DNA of 64,000 nucleotides. Origin: Octopus vulgaris. Lineage: Eukaryota. Both the position numbers and the translations under genes were made by a program. Below are positions 26,103 through 41,128 of this stretch, one piece after another. How positions within the stretch are numbered: position 1 is the first letter of the stretch; each line of letters opens with the position of its first letter. The stretch lies in contig OX597827.1 in NCBI GenBank assembly GCA_951406725.2, forward strand, positions 48,360,001 through 48,424,000, in the 5' to 3' direction. The notes under the pieces are model-generated. The model searched no databases, was not told where the DNA came from, and saw nothing but the letters and a program-made list of their open reading frames with translations.

Positions 26103-27139
26103 TTACTTACATATATATGTATATTTATGTGTATACATTTATGTGTGTGTGAATGTATATATATGCATACATATACGTATATGCATGTATGTGTGTGTGC
26201 CCGCGTTCCCGTGTATACGTGTGTATGTGTCCGAGCGTTTAATCTTAAAGTACAGTAAGGAAAATTGCATGTGTAAGCAACCACGAAGAACAAATCATTA
26301 GTACAAAGAAATATAATACCAATCACTTTAAAATGGTAACCACTTGAACAGTACGAGAACCACCATCCCGCTACATCTACACATCCAAAGCAGTCTGCCA
26401 ACGCTCCTTCAGCAACAAAACACCCTGATAAACGAATTGACTCGCTCTAAATTCAGGCCATGAAAGAAAGAATGGATGTTCTGGAAGCTGAAGATTTTAA
26501 GCTTAAGGAGACAATATTTACGTATCGCATGAGGGAAAACAACTACATGTTTGGATATATATATATATATACATACATACATACAGCGAACCAGTTGCAT
26601 AATATATATTACCTCCACACCCGGAGAAGTACGATGCGTCGAAACAATTGTAGTGATTAAAAAATAAATGTCCAACCGAGCTCTCTCTTTTTCGATCCTA
26701 CTTCTTCAATTATATATATAAAAACATATATCATACATAATTTCCGGTGTCCTCATCCCATTAGTTTACATAGTATAGGGAATGAAGCTCTTAAGTGTAT
26801 ATAACAGATGCATTCACATACACACACAAACATTCATATGTACACACATTCAAACATACGCGCTCAAAATCCCATTTGCGGAAACGCGTATCTTTTTCAT
26901 TGATACCATTAGGATATACTTGTCTGTGCAAATTTCGAAACATTTGTTACGATATGCATTGAAACTAGAAATTATGCAGCTGAAACCAAGTTGCTTCAAG
27001 TTATATGAGTTGTAAATTACATACCAGTTCTCATAAGATATTCTTTTTTCAAATATATATATACATACATATATATATACATACATACATACATACATAC
27101 ATACATGCATACATATACACACACACACAAAGAGTTTGC

Positions 27140-27490
27140 GATGGGTAAGTTGTCTCAATATCATATTTATTTCGTGCATGAGCATTGTTTGCTGTTGATT
27201 TTGTCGACTACACAGTGCAGTAGGGTCAGTAGGGCACTGTCTGTGAGAAAAAGAGCGCCATGACGCAATTCATTCAGCCAGAAATTTGGAAACGATATAC
27301 TCTCTGGCATTCGCACCGGAACCTCCAAAACGAACATTTCAGTGTTTTGACTGTTAACCTGAATCAGGATGTTTGGTGTGACTACTAGTGATGGCGATGT
27401 TATGCCTCCATTCATCTTCCCACTAGGCCTTAGACTCAATACAGAGGCGTACATCAAATGCCTAGAGAAAGTAGTGCTGCCCTGGGTCAG
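27140..27490 (+). mobile_element. Internally deleted copy of the maT-like element at 7535-8831
   Basis: GTCGACTACACAG..ATGACGCAATTC..GAAATTTGGAAACG joined to GTTATGCCTCCATTCATCTTCCCAC. Confidence 0.75.
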
Positions 27491-27692
27491 TAAATGAGTC
27501 AGCAAATGCCAGAACGTAAGCGAGGAAGACAAATGAAAAAGAAATATATAATAATGGATGTCCACATAGTGGTCATCCGTCTTATATGTATGTAATATAA
27601 TGTTTCTGAATCTTCAGATTTTAATATGCTAGACCACTGGTTTTAAATTGATATTAATCAAATTAATATCCAATTTTTCACCCTTATAATTT

Positions 27693-28048
<356 letters not shown>

Positions 28049-28060
28049 TTATATAGAAGG

Positions 28061-28111
28061 AGCTTCTACAGGACTAGAACTGTTTCATTCAAGAGAAATC
28101 ATCAGGAAGCT
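28061..28111 (-). ncRNA. Type I hammerhead ribozyme motif
   Basis: Minus strand AGCTTC-CTGATGA-tTTC tctt GAAt-GAAA-CAG ttctagtc CTG-TA-GAAGCT; 6-bp stem I, GUA site. Confidence 0.7.
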
Positions 28112-28585
28112 AGTTAACAAGAATTGTTTTGGCATTTATACATTTAGGCAGGTTTAAAGCACGCATGGCAGAACACTATATAGCCTACATATTAGATGTT
28201 TTCTGTCAGTAAACTTCACTATAGATATGTCCAAAGAGCTCAAGTAGCACGCTTACACTCCATACTTATTTACCACTCCGCCATAATGACATCATGTAGC
28301 TGTCTGGATGCTTAGATTGCGGCATTACCAATGGTCAGAGTGGTCTCTGAGTGTCTGATTGGAATTTTCGATTGCTTTGCTTTCAGCATGTTTTGGCAAT
28401 TCGAGAAATTTGCAATGTCTGTTAATGATAGACAAAAACAGAAACAAAACAAAAAGAAAAAAATGAAAAAAAGAAAATGACTAGAATAAAAAGAGGTCAA
28501 CCACAAAGGTAATATCGGAAAGTTAATTAATTAATCTACTTCTTTTCAATTGTTCAGTTGTTCTCTTAGCCATTTTCTCTTCTTG

Positions 28586-28641
<56 letters not shown>

Positions 28642-28704
28642 ATGTTTATATTTCTTCTGACGTCTTCAGCTGCTATCATCTGTCGCCTGCTTCTGTCTTC
28701 TTTG

Positions 28705-29105
28705 AAATCATCATCATTTCGTCATCGTTGTCTTCGTCGTTATCTTGTTTGGCATCGTCTTCATTTTATTTTGCTTCTTCTTCGAGTTGTCTTCTGTAGC
28801 ATTTAGTTTTCTTGTCATAACCGTCGTCGTTGTCGTTGTAGTCGTCGACGACTTAATCATCGTCATCATCATCATTATCATCATCATCATCGTCATCGTC
28901 GTCGTCGTCGACATCGCCACCGACACCTCAGTCGGTATCGCCGTTGTCTTGATAATTATCCCATCACCATCATCTCATCAGCATCTCCATCATTATCATC
29001 GTTGTCGTCCACCTCCTCCTCCTCCTCCACACCATCATCATAATCTTGTTTCTTCTCGCTCCTCCTGTTCGTCTTCTCGTTGCATTTGTTCTCTCCATCA
29101 CATTC
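28705..29105. repeat. Degenerate trinucleotide (CAT/CGT/CCT)n tract
   Basis: Direct reading. Confidence 0.85.
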
Positions 29106-29599
29106 CACAGATGTCTACTAAAAAGACATTTACCTCCAGTATTAATAAATAAAATATAACAGCAAACTACACAAGAATTGGTAGATTTATTTTCGAATCG
29201 GAGAGGAAACTGTTTTGTATTGATTCAAACTTCATGCATTTCTGTTTTCGAATCTAGCCGAGGATAAATTCAAATTCCATTTTGTTCGTCAATTTAGGTC
29301 CGTGGATTGGTGGAAATAGTAAATAATAAAAGAAATGAAGAATATGCGTTACTATATCTCTTCTGGCACTTCCTCTTGTAATCCCATTCACTCCTGGAAG
29401 AAAAACTTCTTATCATCATCATCTTCACCATCATTCGTTAGCGACATTTCAATCGTCTTTACGTTCTGGGCTCAAATCCCGCTGAGGTTGACTCATCTCT
29501 TCCTGATCGATATGTACAAATGAATGCCTCGGGTCGATGTATTCGATTAGTCCACACCACCACTAAAAATACTACCCTTGTGGCAAAATTTGAAACCAA

Positions 29600-29612
29600 T
29601 TATTAGTATTAT

Positions 29613-29665
<53 letters not shown>

Positions 29666-29755
29666 ATGGTGATGTGGCGGTGGTGTGGTGGTGATGGTGA
29701 TGTGGCGTTGGTGTGGTGGTGATGGTAACAGTAGTAGTAGTAGAAGCAGCAGCAT
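29600..29755. repeat. (TAG)n/(TGG)n microsatellite
   Basis: Direct reading. Confidence 0.9.
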
Positions 29756-30221
29756 AGTATTTTACTGTTTTTAACTACATTTATTTTTATCATTATCCAG
29801 GTTTATTTTTATTTCTCTATCTTCTCACATTTTCATTTGTTTGTTTTGTGTCTTGTAAATGTCCACCATGTTTCCAGTGTTTTGTCGGTTGGTTATCCAG
29901 TTATCAACTTTATTTGTTTAGACATCAATATGTGAAGTAGACCGGGCCAAGTACGATGTTGGCTAAAGGAAGAAAACACATTGAAACCGGGGGAAAACAT
30001 CCAGACAGGCTTACAAACAAACACACACGCACACACAGGTATATATGCAAATACATATATGTTTATATATACACACACACACACACACATGTATATACAT
30101 ATATATATGTATGTATGTAGGTATGTATATATATATATATAAAGATATATATATTAACGTATATATATATGAACATATCTATATATATATATATATTAAC
30201 ATATATATATATGAACATATC

Positions 30222-30260
<39 letters not shown>

Positions 30261-30335
30261 TTATATACATACATAAATACATGTTTATATATATATATAT
30301 ATATATATTTACATATATATATAAACACGCACACA

Positions 30336-30384
<49 letters not shown>

Positions 30385-31040
30385 ATGTATTTATGTATGT
30401 ATACAAGTATATGAAGAGTAGAAGAGGAGACAGGAAAAGCGAGAGAGAGAGAGAGAAAGAGAGAAAGAGAGATAGATAGAGAGAGAGCAATCATTTCCGA
30501 TTAACAACATATTAGTGATAAGATATTAGCAAGGAGAGCAAGCGGAAAGTTTGCTTTTCTTTCTTTTTGTTTTTCAAGCAACACGTTCTTATTTTGTAAA
30601 GCACGTATGTAAATATTTATCCTATATACGAAAATGTGTTTAAATCATCAAATGCAAAATTGGCAAATTTCTCAGGAATAATAGAAGCTACCTTTTCTCT
30701 TAGCTTATATTCCTTTTTATGTATTTACATATTTACCTTCTATTTGTTTCATGACGATGACTACTGTCACTAGATATAACTTTTTAATGGATATCTCTTT
30801 GAGTGTGTATGTGTGTGAAGAATTCTGTATATGCTTAGCATATATATTCAAATTATATGTTCGAAGCAGCTCTAAAATAGAAACATGTTCATTGTTACTT
30901 ATTTAATGTGTGTGTGTTCTGTTAAGCGCTTTTAGTCTGTGGTATTTCGTCCAGGGACAGTTTGTGTAAAGATGTAGAGCACTAAAACAAGGAAGAAAAA
31001 CTGTATCATTGAAAGCCAGGCGAAATGAATGGCCGGCGTG

Positions 31041-31697
<657 letters not shown>

Positions 31698-32129
31698 AAT
31701 TTATCCCTAATATTCCTTCTAGCGTGCTATGTTTCCTATGATGGTTACCTCTTATGTGTTGAAATGTACACTGCATTCATACTGACTAATTTTTGTACAC
31801 CCTAGGCCATTGGTAGTAAAACTTTCTAAAATTTTCTTAGCCTGATATTATTAATTATTGATAATTTTGGGCAAATTTTCGAAGAAACACCGGAATTAGT
31901 TTTATTGGCTGCCGAAAAAAACTGCGCTTGCGCGGTGGATTTGAGAAGCTATAATATATAAGCACGGGGCACATGCTGGATTCCCACATCATTATATGTT
32001 TAATCTTGACGTACCTGTTTATGAAAGCTCCTCCTGGCAAATTATTTTATTTGCTAATATAGAGCTAGAAATCATGGTCCAGGAGATAGATGGTAAATGT
32101 TTTTTATTTTTCATTCCCTTCGAAATTTA

Positions 32130-32680
32130 TCCCTACAGTGCACAAACGTGGAAATTAGCCGTCCAGCATATGTTACCATAAAGCAGAAGATCAATGAAAA
32201 AGAGAATACTTACACTGAGCTATTGAGAAATCTACAGTTACTCTATCCAGATTACAGATACAGATTTATACCTGTAATTATTGGAGCCCTAGGATATGTA
32301 ACATACTGCCTAAGTACCAACCCTGAGAAATTTGGTTTCTCAAAACCAGAAAGGAGAAAGCTAATTCGAAGACTACAGATCCAGTCCATCACTGGAACTG
32401 TAAAAATCTTAAAATTTCCAGAGGTTTAGCGTTGAAATATATATGAGCATGTCTAGATATGCAACTATAAGCATGATAATACTTAAAGCAAAACATACAA
32501 ATCTGCGCAGATACATACATACATACATACGAACATACATATATATACATATACATACATACATACAGACAGACAAAGCAAAATACCCTTGGATCTAGGT
32601 TAGAAACCGGCTCTTAATCTATTGGCAAGAGACCTTAAAATAAAACTGAACAATGGCATACATACATAAATACATGCATA
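32130..32680 (+). mobile_element. R4/Dong-like LINE 3' end (restriction-like endonuclease C-terminus)
   Basis: EIS..KINEKENTYTELLRNLQLLYPDYRYRFIPVIIGALG; 3' UTR ends in (CATA)n. Confidence 0.75.
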
Positions 32681-33904
32681 CGGTATGACAGTAAATTCCA
32701 TTTGTATCTTTCCACAGGTGCATTAGGTCATATACAAGCAATTTTACAAAGACCTGAAAATAGTGGGTTTCTCGAAGAAAGTGCAAAAGAAACAGGTGTA
32801 GATTTTTCAAATCTAATCCAGGAGCGACGCAATGAAGACTAGTAAAAAATTTCGAAAATTCTTCATCTAGCAGTCCTCAGAGGAATATATGCGCACAGTT
32901 CGGTGTGTGCATCGACAGCTCAACAATCAAACCAACTCTACCACAAACTTACTATCACCGAGGTTTCTTCTAACTCAGAAATCTTGTCACTTTGTTAAAG
33001 ACCGTCTTGATCTCTCTCTTAAGAAGAACATACATATAATATGTGAACAGATACAATGCAGAGTGTTTTGTTGCTACGTGTTGAAATATCATTTGAACGT
33101 TAGAGTACCTTATTTAATTCTCTGATATGCATTCAACGTAACGGAACTGACCGATAATTTCGCTGAGATCCCCGTGCGAATCATGGTATGTGTTACTGCG
33201 TATTGGAAGAAATTAAATTATTGGATATCTATTCAATGGCAATGATTTATGTTTTAAAAGGTCTGATCACTATTCCCACGTCTTTCTCACGTCGTACGTC
33301 ATTGAGGCAAGGGATCCACGAAGCTCGGATTTTGGTGAAAGCTTATTTCATTGAATCACAGAAAGTAGTGTCTTCTACAATAATATTATTTTCTTTATAT
33401 TCTACTATGATCCGGTGGCAAGTATAACGGTGAAGGTAAGAGCTAAAAATCTATAATTTGAGAAAATAGACACTAAGCTGGTAATTAATTGAATTTTGAA
33501 AGCTTTTATACAATTGAAATTTAAGATTTTATATTTTATACGTCTAATATTGTTTCTGTTACTTCATTTGTAGACGATGTTTTCGTTTTATATTAATGCA
33601 ACTCATGTTCAATGACATAAAAACATCCACAGACACAAACAAAGACACATATACACACATCCACACTGATACCCGCGAAGATACACATAGACAGACACAC
33701 ACACACTTATATGCCACGCACAGACTCGTATATATGTGGTATTATTCGATTCAAGTGGATGCTACATTTTTCAATGGTGTCAGTTAAAGCATATAAATAA
33801 AATGAAATAAAACAGAGACTAGCAGAAAAATATGTCTTCGTCCAATAAACAAGAGCTGTTCAACAAGAATTTAATATTTTTCAACATTTACGCGCAGAAA
33901 TGAC

Positions 33905-34058
33905 CACATGACTAAGAACCTCGCGTGGCAACAACGTGGTTTCGTGTCCAGTTCCACCCTGCGACAATTTGGATATATGTCTTCTAATAAAGCCTCTGGT
34001 CGACCAATGCCTTTCTGATTAAATTTGGTCGACGGTAACTTTGTGGATGCCGGTCGCG
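33905..34058 (+). mobile_element. Degenerate SINE family A head
   Basis: GTGTCCAGTTCCAC..GTCTTCTA..GCCTCTGGTCGACC. Confidence 0.55.
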
Positions 34059-34129
34059 TATGTATATGTATATGTATATCTGTATGTATGTACGCATGTA
34101 TGTATGAATGTATGTATGTATATATATCA

Positions 34130-34648
34130 CAGGCCTTTAATTAGGACTTGACACAGTCCTTAAATCGCAGCCTTGGTTTCTGTCGGAGTCTCCTTCCATC
34201 CACAAGTTCTCGATAGAGCATCTGCTTAGGAATCCTTCTATCCTTCATTCTAATAAGGTGTCCAGTCCAACGCAACCGGTGCTTGTGCACCATCACCTCA
34301 ATACTCAAGATATCAGCTGTCTTCAGGATCTGTGTGTCTGGAATGTTTGGGAGAACAGTGCCTGTCATGGTCACAGATAGAGGAAGCAGGTTAAGGAGGG
34401 GATCGACACTTTTGAGAGAGCACGTATCCAGCATGAAGAACTTAAGCGAGCTGCACGAAAGCGCACGGCTCGTATAGTGAATGGGGAAAGCTTGGTCTGC
34501 AATGTTTGCAGTCGTGTATGCTTGTCAAGAGCCGGGCTCATTAGCCACCAACGGAGCCGCAAATGCAAAATATAAGTTAGTCCTAGAGCGCACAATGTTC
34601 CTGAAAGTCGGCAATGGTCTTCCTCGGTCACGAAGGGACGACTATCGC
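34130..34648. mobile_element. RTE LINE 3' end (plus strand, about 34350-34648) with inverted upstream segment (minus strand, 34130-34345)
   Basis: Minus: RLRWTGHLIRMKDRRIPKQMLY..PRLRFKD; plus: CNVCSRVCLSRAGLISH zinc finger and 3' UTR. Confidence 0.8.
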
Positions 34649-34667
34649 ATATATATATATATATATA

Positions 34668-34785
34668 TGTGCACTTTTAATGGTCAGTCCTCTAAATTTT
34701 GTAAGTAAAAAAATTTTAATGTTCGGCTTTTTGAAAATATGCTAACCCACTGGTTTTAATTGATTAATATCAATTTCTACCCTTA

Positions 34786-34839
<54 letters not shown>

Positions 34840-34957
34840 TAAGGGTAGAACTTGATATTAATCAATTAAAACCAGTGGGTTAGCATATTTTCAAAAAGCC
34901 GAACATTAAAATTTTTTTACTTACAAAATTTAGAGGACTGACCATTAAAAGTGCACA
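34668..34957. repeat. Inverted duplication (arms about 125 bp) centred on (TA)n
   Basis: 34668-34792 versus 34833-34957, one mismatch seen. Confidence 0.9.
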
Positions 34958-35016
34958 GCCTATATGTTAAACATAGACGTCAAATCGCCATTAGCACGAA
35001 GAATGTGTTCCCCAAT

Positions 35017-35135
35017 GCTTTGGTCGGCCCGAGGCTATAGTAGAAGACACTTGCCCAAGATGCCACGCAGTGGGACTGAACCCGGAACCATGTGGTTGGT
35101 AAGCAAGCTGCTTACCACACAGCCACTCCTGCACC
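35017..35135 (-). mobile_element. SINE family A head
   Basis: Matches family A. Confidence 0.85.
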
Positions 35136-35887
35136 TATGACTAATAATTTATTTTATAGACTCATGAGAGTTGGATGACAAAGTTAACTTCAGTGAGAAA
35201 TTTGAAACCAGAACGTAGATAGCAGGAATGGATGCAAGATCTTTCCAATCCATCGACATATTAATTAAGGGAATTTTTTGAAAAGGATTCAAAAGGTAAC
35301 GCTACTGGTGGAATCTCCTTATTTAAAGAGTAAAGACGTGACGCTATTCAAAGTTTATGAGATACGGTGGGTACAGGAGGTAAGAGGTCTATAAAAAATA
35401 GAATTATAATTAAATAAATATTAAATGAGAATTGTGGAGAAGCTTAGATTTAAGAAGTATAGAAACGGATGACAGGAGATTCCATCTATTTAGTGTTGGC
35501 AATTAAGGAGAGGAGTGATAAAAGAAATTAATGGAATGGGGAACAAACATTGATGAAAAAAGTAAATAATTAATAATGAAGAAGGAAATAAATGGTGCAA
35601 CATTACAAAAAAGTTAATTCGTAAGTTGTTGTAATACTTTAAATTAGAAAAGCAAGCTTAAATAAAACATAAAGGGGTTTGAAAGAAATATTTAAGTTAA
35701 TGTGATATTTATGAGCTGGTAATTAAACTAACAATGGAATTGAGAGAAGTAGGCTCAGGGAATTGTAGTAATAGCCCTTATATGAGAATAACGAAAAACG
35801 TTAATTCAAATTAAAATATGATAAATATCAACAAATATTTTTCGATTAAACTCATGTGATATTCATTAGTTGCTATGTATATGTCGC

Positions 35888-36457
35888 CAGTCGCTACGTT
35901 CTGAGTTCAAATTCTGCCGATGTCAAGTTTGCCTTTCATCCTCTCCTGGTCGATAAATTAAGTACCAGTTGAACACTGAGGTCGATGTAATCGATTATTT
36001 CCCTCCCACCAAATTTCAGTCTCTATGCATTTTGCAGAAAGGTCCTTTATTTTCTAAGGCGGCGAGCTGGCAGAAACGTTAGCACGCCGGGTGAAATGCT
36101 CAGCTGTATTTCGTCTGCCGCTTCATTCTGAATTCAAATTCCGCCGAGGTTGACATTGCCTTTCATCATTTCGGGGTCGATTAAATAAGTACCAGTTACG
36201 CACAGGGATCCATATAATCGACATAATCCGTTTGCCTGTTCTTGTTTGTCTTCTCTGTCTTTAGCCCCTTGTGGGTAGCAAAGAAATAGAAATAGGTATT
36301 TCGTCTGTCTTTACGTTGAGTTAAAATTCCGCCGATGTCGACTTTGCCTTTCATCCTTTCGGGATCGATAAATTAAGTTCCAATTGTGTATGGGGTTGAT
36401 CTAATCGACTGCCCCTCCCCCAAAATTTCAGGCCTTGTGCCTAGAGTAGAAAAGATT
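35888..36457 (+). mobile_element. SINE family C cluster (tandem units)
   Basis: Three GCCTTTCATC..GTCGAT cores. Confidence 0.85.
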
Positions 36458-37217
36458 AGTTGGTATAAGAAATAAGAAAAGAATGATGCTTAACTTCACC
36501 AAAAATTATTTTGATATTTGCTTTGTTACACATACTGATATAAAGTGAAATACTTATGGGAAGTTTGTGAAGGGAAATGTATGAATATTTTGCCTGCAAG
36601 ACATTACAGATTCAGGGAAATAAAGGAGTTGCTTTATCGAAGTATAAATCTAGGTAGACAATGTGTAAAATGGGTGGAAGAATGTATTTATATGACTAAG
36701 AGATAATGTATATAACACTTCATTATTCAGGAAAAACTGATACAGGTGTGTGAAAGCGATAAATTGCCTGTAAGAACTTTGTTGAAATATATTTCATGAA
36801 ATTCCTGTAATTCAAATAAATATAGCTTTCCTGCACAACTTCCATAAATTTTCACTTTTACTTTATCGTTCATTATCCGTATATGAACTCTTCCTTTGAT
36901 CAGCATTAACTTGTTAACTCTTTAAGGTATTAATTTTGCTATAACGTGATAATTTCAATATGGAAACCATAATCATTGAGGGGTGACATTATAGTCGAAT
37001 ATAGAAAAAAATGAATGTAATAACAAAACTTTATAAACGAAAGGAGATAATTCTATGTCATTTAACGATTAATGAATACATTGAATTACGTGTAGCTTTA
37101 AAATACCGCATGAATGATTGATACTTTCAATGCAAAAGTGTTGGGTTTTGTGTTACGTGATTATACCCTTTCTTGTTTAAAAGTAATTACTTAATTTACA
37201 ATATTACTATATTAAAA

Positions 37218-37325
37218 GCGGCGAGCTGGCAGAAACATTAGCACGCCGAGCGAAATGATTAGCGTTCGTCTGTCGTTACGTTCTGAGTTCAAATTTCGCC
37301 GAGGTCTACTTTGCCTTTCATCATT
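37218..37325 (+). mobile_element. SINE family C head
   Basis: GCGGCGAGCTGGCAGAAAC..GAGTTCAAAT. Confidence 0.8.
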
Positions 37326-37691
37326 GCCCTTCATAACAGTATTACGTTGGTCGATTGAAAATATACGTATCAACAGGCGTAGTTAAAAGAAACATTATTT
37401 AAGAGCACAAAATATATTAGTTTCCGTTTTTAAATACAATATGGTCAACCCATTATTTCAGGGAATGAACTACAAACAACTAAATACAATACAGTATTTT
37501 AAAACTCATATTAATCCATATTTTAAGAAGCACCATATCTAGATAATATAATTAATTAGGGTAGTTTATGTAGACCAGTTCAAGATAATTAAACTCAAAA
37601 CTTTTTGTTCTCATTTCCTCCCAACCGGTTATAATGTTTTCTTTTCCCTTCTGTCGATTGTTTTTCCATTAACTCACTTAACCGACGAAAT

Positions 37692-37735
<44 letters not shown>

Positions 37736-38606
37736 AAATACATATATATGGACACTTATAGATTAGATATTTTTTTTCATTTAATTTTGGTGTATATATA
37801 TGTAAGTATGTGTGTCGAAGTGTGTATGTGTATATTGATTTACTGTGAATGTATTGTATCGAAATATGTACGATAGAATGAACTCAATTTAATATGCTGT
37901 ACTTAATTTTACGTTCTAACTATATTTAGAATGTAATTAATTTTTGTATTTTGAAATGATTATCAGACTCTGATTTGCTTTCATAAACTAAAATTGTTCT
38001 TCACGAAGCTACTTCAATGTTTCATTTTCCCACTTGACTAGTAGATTATTGAAAAGCGCTCTTGCAATGCGCAAAATGTCCGTTCGAAAACTATAATCGA
38101 GTAACCATAACGAGATAAGAATATACCGAGAGTATTGTTCCTTCCAGCAGTACAAAACATAATTGATGCTGAAAAGGATTGACCGGCAACTCTCAGCCTG
38201 CGGGATAACCAAGTGTTTCTTTTCTTTACTCATGTAACCCGCATACGGGATTTGATATTGGATTCATCCGAACCACGAAGAAACAATTTTTGATTTACTA
38301 TGAACGTAGAATATTCGTTAATAAGGCATTGACGCAAATATATTGAAATGTTTTCTAGTCCTTTCTCTACATTACAAATCAATACTCTAATATCATGCTA
38401 ATGTCCATGGTTTTTGTATTACAGTAGGGTAGGTAGAACCATCCGCATGCATTTTCTGTTTGTATTTGTGTGTGCACATATATACATACATGTGCAATAC
38501 ATACACATACATGCACACACGTACAACGCACACTCACACACGAACACATATATATATTATGAAAGTATATATATATGAGTGTGTGTGCATATATATATTT
38601 GTGTGT

Positions 38607-38640
<34 letters not shown>

Positions 38641-39006
38641 GTATTTATATTGATATATATACATACACTTTTTTATACAAGGTGTGGCAATGCGAGCAAC
38701 AACCACAGGAACATTACAAAATTCAAAGATAGACCAAACACATACAAATCTTATATACTAATTTATATCTAAACACTCCGACATTTAAAAATATGTTTAA
38801 TTCAGTAATATATAAGTATCATATACAAATATAAATATAAATATAAATTTTTCATATAACACGCTTAAAACTGTTAGAATAAGAGAAATAAATATAATGA
38901 TAATAAAATAAATATGGCATATCAAAAGACGAATAAAATTCCGGCGAATAGTACATACACTATAATACATATACAAGCTTACAAAAATATAAGATATACA
39001 GAAGTC

Positions 39007-39087
39007 CATCTACGGGCCGTTTCGGGGATGTGCCAATTCATATTAGACATACCAGTACTCAAAATAGGCACTCCCCTCATCAGGATG
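39007..39087 (-). ncRNA. Canonical type I hammerhead ribozyme
   Basis: Minus strand CATC-CTGATGA-GGGGA GTGCC..GGCAC a TCCCC-GAAA-CGGCCCG-TA-GATG; complete core, G10.1-C11.1 pair, GUA site. Confidence 0.85.
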
Positions 39088-40214
39088 TCCTATACAACAC
39101 ATAAAACATGAACAAATACACAATCACATACCAGCCATTCTCAAAACACAGCATTTACGTACTCCCAGAAATGTTTTCGTCGATCCTGAATGGAACTTTA
39201 TACGGATACAATTCGATCCAGCCGCCATAGTAAATTGTATGCACATAACGCCATCTGGACCATTTCACTTCAGCACTTAATTTATTTTATTTTATTTTAT
39301 TTCAATTTTTCTAAATCCTCTCATACATGCAAAGCCACATATTCAGGTTCATGGTAAACGAGATAAAACTAAAGTAATGTAATTATTTTTTAAAATAGCT
39401 GTTAGTCGAGGACTGCTTACATCATTTGTACCTACCATATCAAATTACAAGGGTTTTTTTTTTACATTCCCTATGGATCCTTTTTGGAAAAGTTTCTATT
39501 TGCATTCTAATCGTTATATGTTTTCTGAATGTGGATATGCTACTCATACAGAAGTTTTGATGGAAAAATATATTTACTACAATAATCGAAGGAAGGGTTT
39601 TATAAATACCACTTAAAATTAATATTAACTGAGATCTGTGAAAATCAATATCATCTCCTCAGGCTTAATATTTTTATTGTTGAGCCGTGTAATTTTTAAT
39701 AATTTTATGCAACTAGATATTTGGATATTCCAATAAATTCTTTAATGACAAACAACATATTATAATTCAACTGTCCGTGTATCATTGATCGGCATTATGA
39801 GTATAGCGTTGCATTAAGGAACTGGATGCTATATAAGGGAGCTGTAGCCCTGAAAAGTTCAGAAATTATTGCTCTGCACTCTCATATCAGTCTGCTAGAG
39901 ATAGCAGTAAATCTTCCTCAGATCAAATTAGCGTTTTAAAAATCTATAAAACTTTGGACAGTTGACATGACCTTGACATGAAAGACTTTGAAGAGGAACG
40001 GTGTGTATTTAAACAACAATCAGCATTAAACATACACAACAATGAAACGTTTTTGTATCACTATGAATCACTATGACTATGGAACTTCTAAGTTGTTATT
40101 TGGCCTAACAGAAATATCAGTGACATCCCGTTTAAACCAGACCTTAGGAAAAATGAACTAAATACAAAATATAATAACGATGATAATAATGATATTACTA
40201 ATAATGATGGTTGT

Positions 40215-40525
40215 TAACCACCAAATTAACCACCAATGCTGGTCAGACCTGGCTACCGACCGTGATGCCTGGCGCCCCACGATCTTCAGCGCAGTCAGCA
40301 AGTTTGAGGAACAAAGAAGAGACGCACTTAAAGACAAGAGACGCAGGAGGAAGGCGCGAGTCGCCTCTGTCATCATACCGGATGTTACCTTCGTCTGTGG
40401 ACACTGCTCACGGACTTGCCTTTCCCATATCGGACTTCTCAGTCATGAGCGTGCATGCACGCAACATGGACAGCCTTCCTGATCTTCGTTCGCGAAGCCG
40501 AGCCATGATGAATAATGATAATGAC
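40215..40525 (+). mobile_element. RTE (BovB-like) LINE 3' end
   Basis: W..LA.DR..WR..FE..R..CGHCSRTCLSHIGLLSH; CTTCG..CGAAG stem-loop and (ATG)n-like tail. Confidence 0.85.
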
Positions 40526-41128
40526 GGTATATGTTAGATATTGCAGTAGTAGATAAAATGAATCTGAAATAAAATCTTGGACTGTTCACGTCTGCAACAT
40601 CATTGATTACACTTTTTTTTTGTTTTTGGTCAGTAAGTGTTATTTCATATTTGCTTCAGTAGAAATGAAAGGAAATGACGAGCATTCTCTTCAAACTTTG
40701 CTTTTGTAACCTGGACATCAATGTTTTGAAACTGACTTATATTCCATTACATTACAGACATATTAAGTACCGAGTTGCTGAAGCAGAAATATCGTTATAG
40801 CAAATATTCTTCTCATTACCGCAGATTTACATATCCTTGGCTTGGCCTTAAGCACTTGAACATGTTCCTAAGTGGCTGACAATATGTGCATCTCTGATCA
40901 TGAGCAGGAGTAGTAAGAGAGTATCATAGCTATGTGTTAAATGGAATTATTTGGAATTTGAGTAAATGTAACAAAGCAAATTCTGTAGGAAGTATTAGGC
41001 ATTTTCCTAGAGGTAAGTAAGTAGGGAACAGTAGTTGCTATCTAAGGACAAAACTCATGTTACACAGTGTTATATATCAGTTCAAATGCAGAGTATATAT
41101 TCTCTACACAATACCAAAAACAATAACA

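Noticed and set aside
32705-32850. Exon after TTTCCACAG acceptor-like site
   Set aside because: Reads as an older degenerate R4-like endonuclease tail (GALG..GFSK)
38009-38233. 74-aa ATG ORF on the minus strand
   Set aside because: No recognisable domain or splice support
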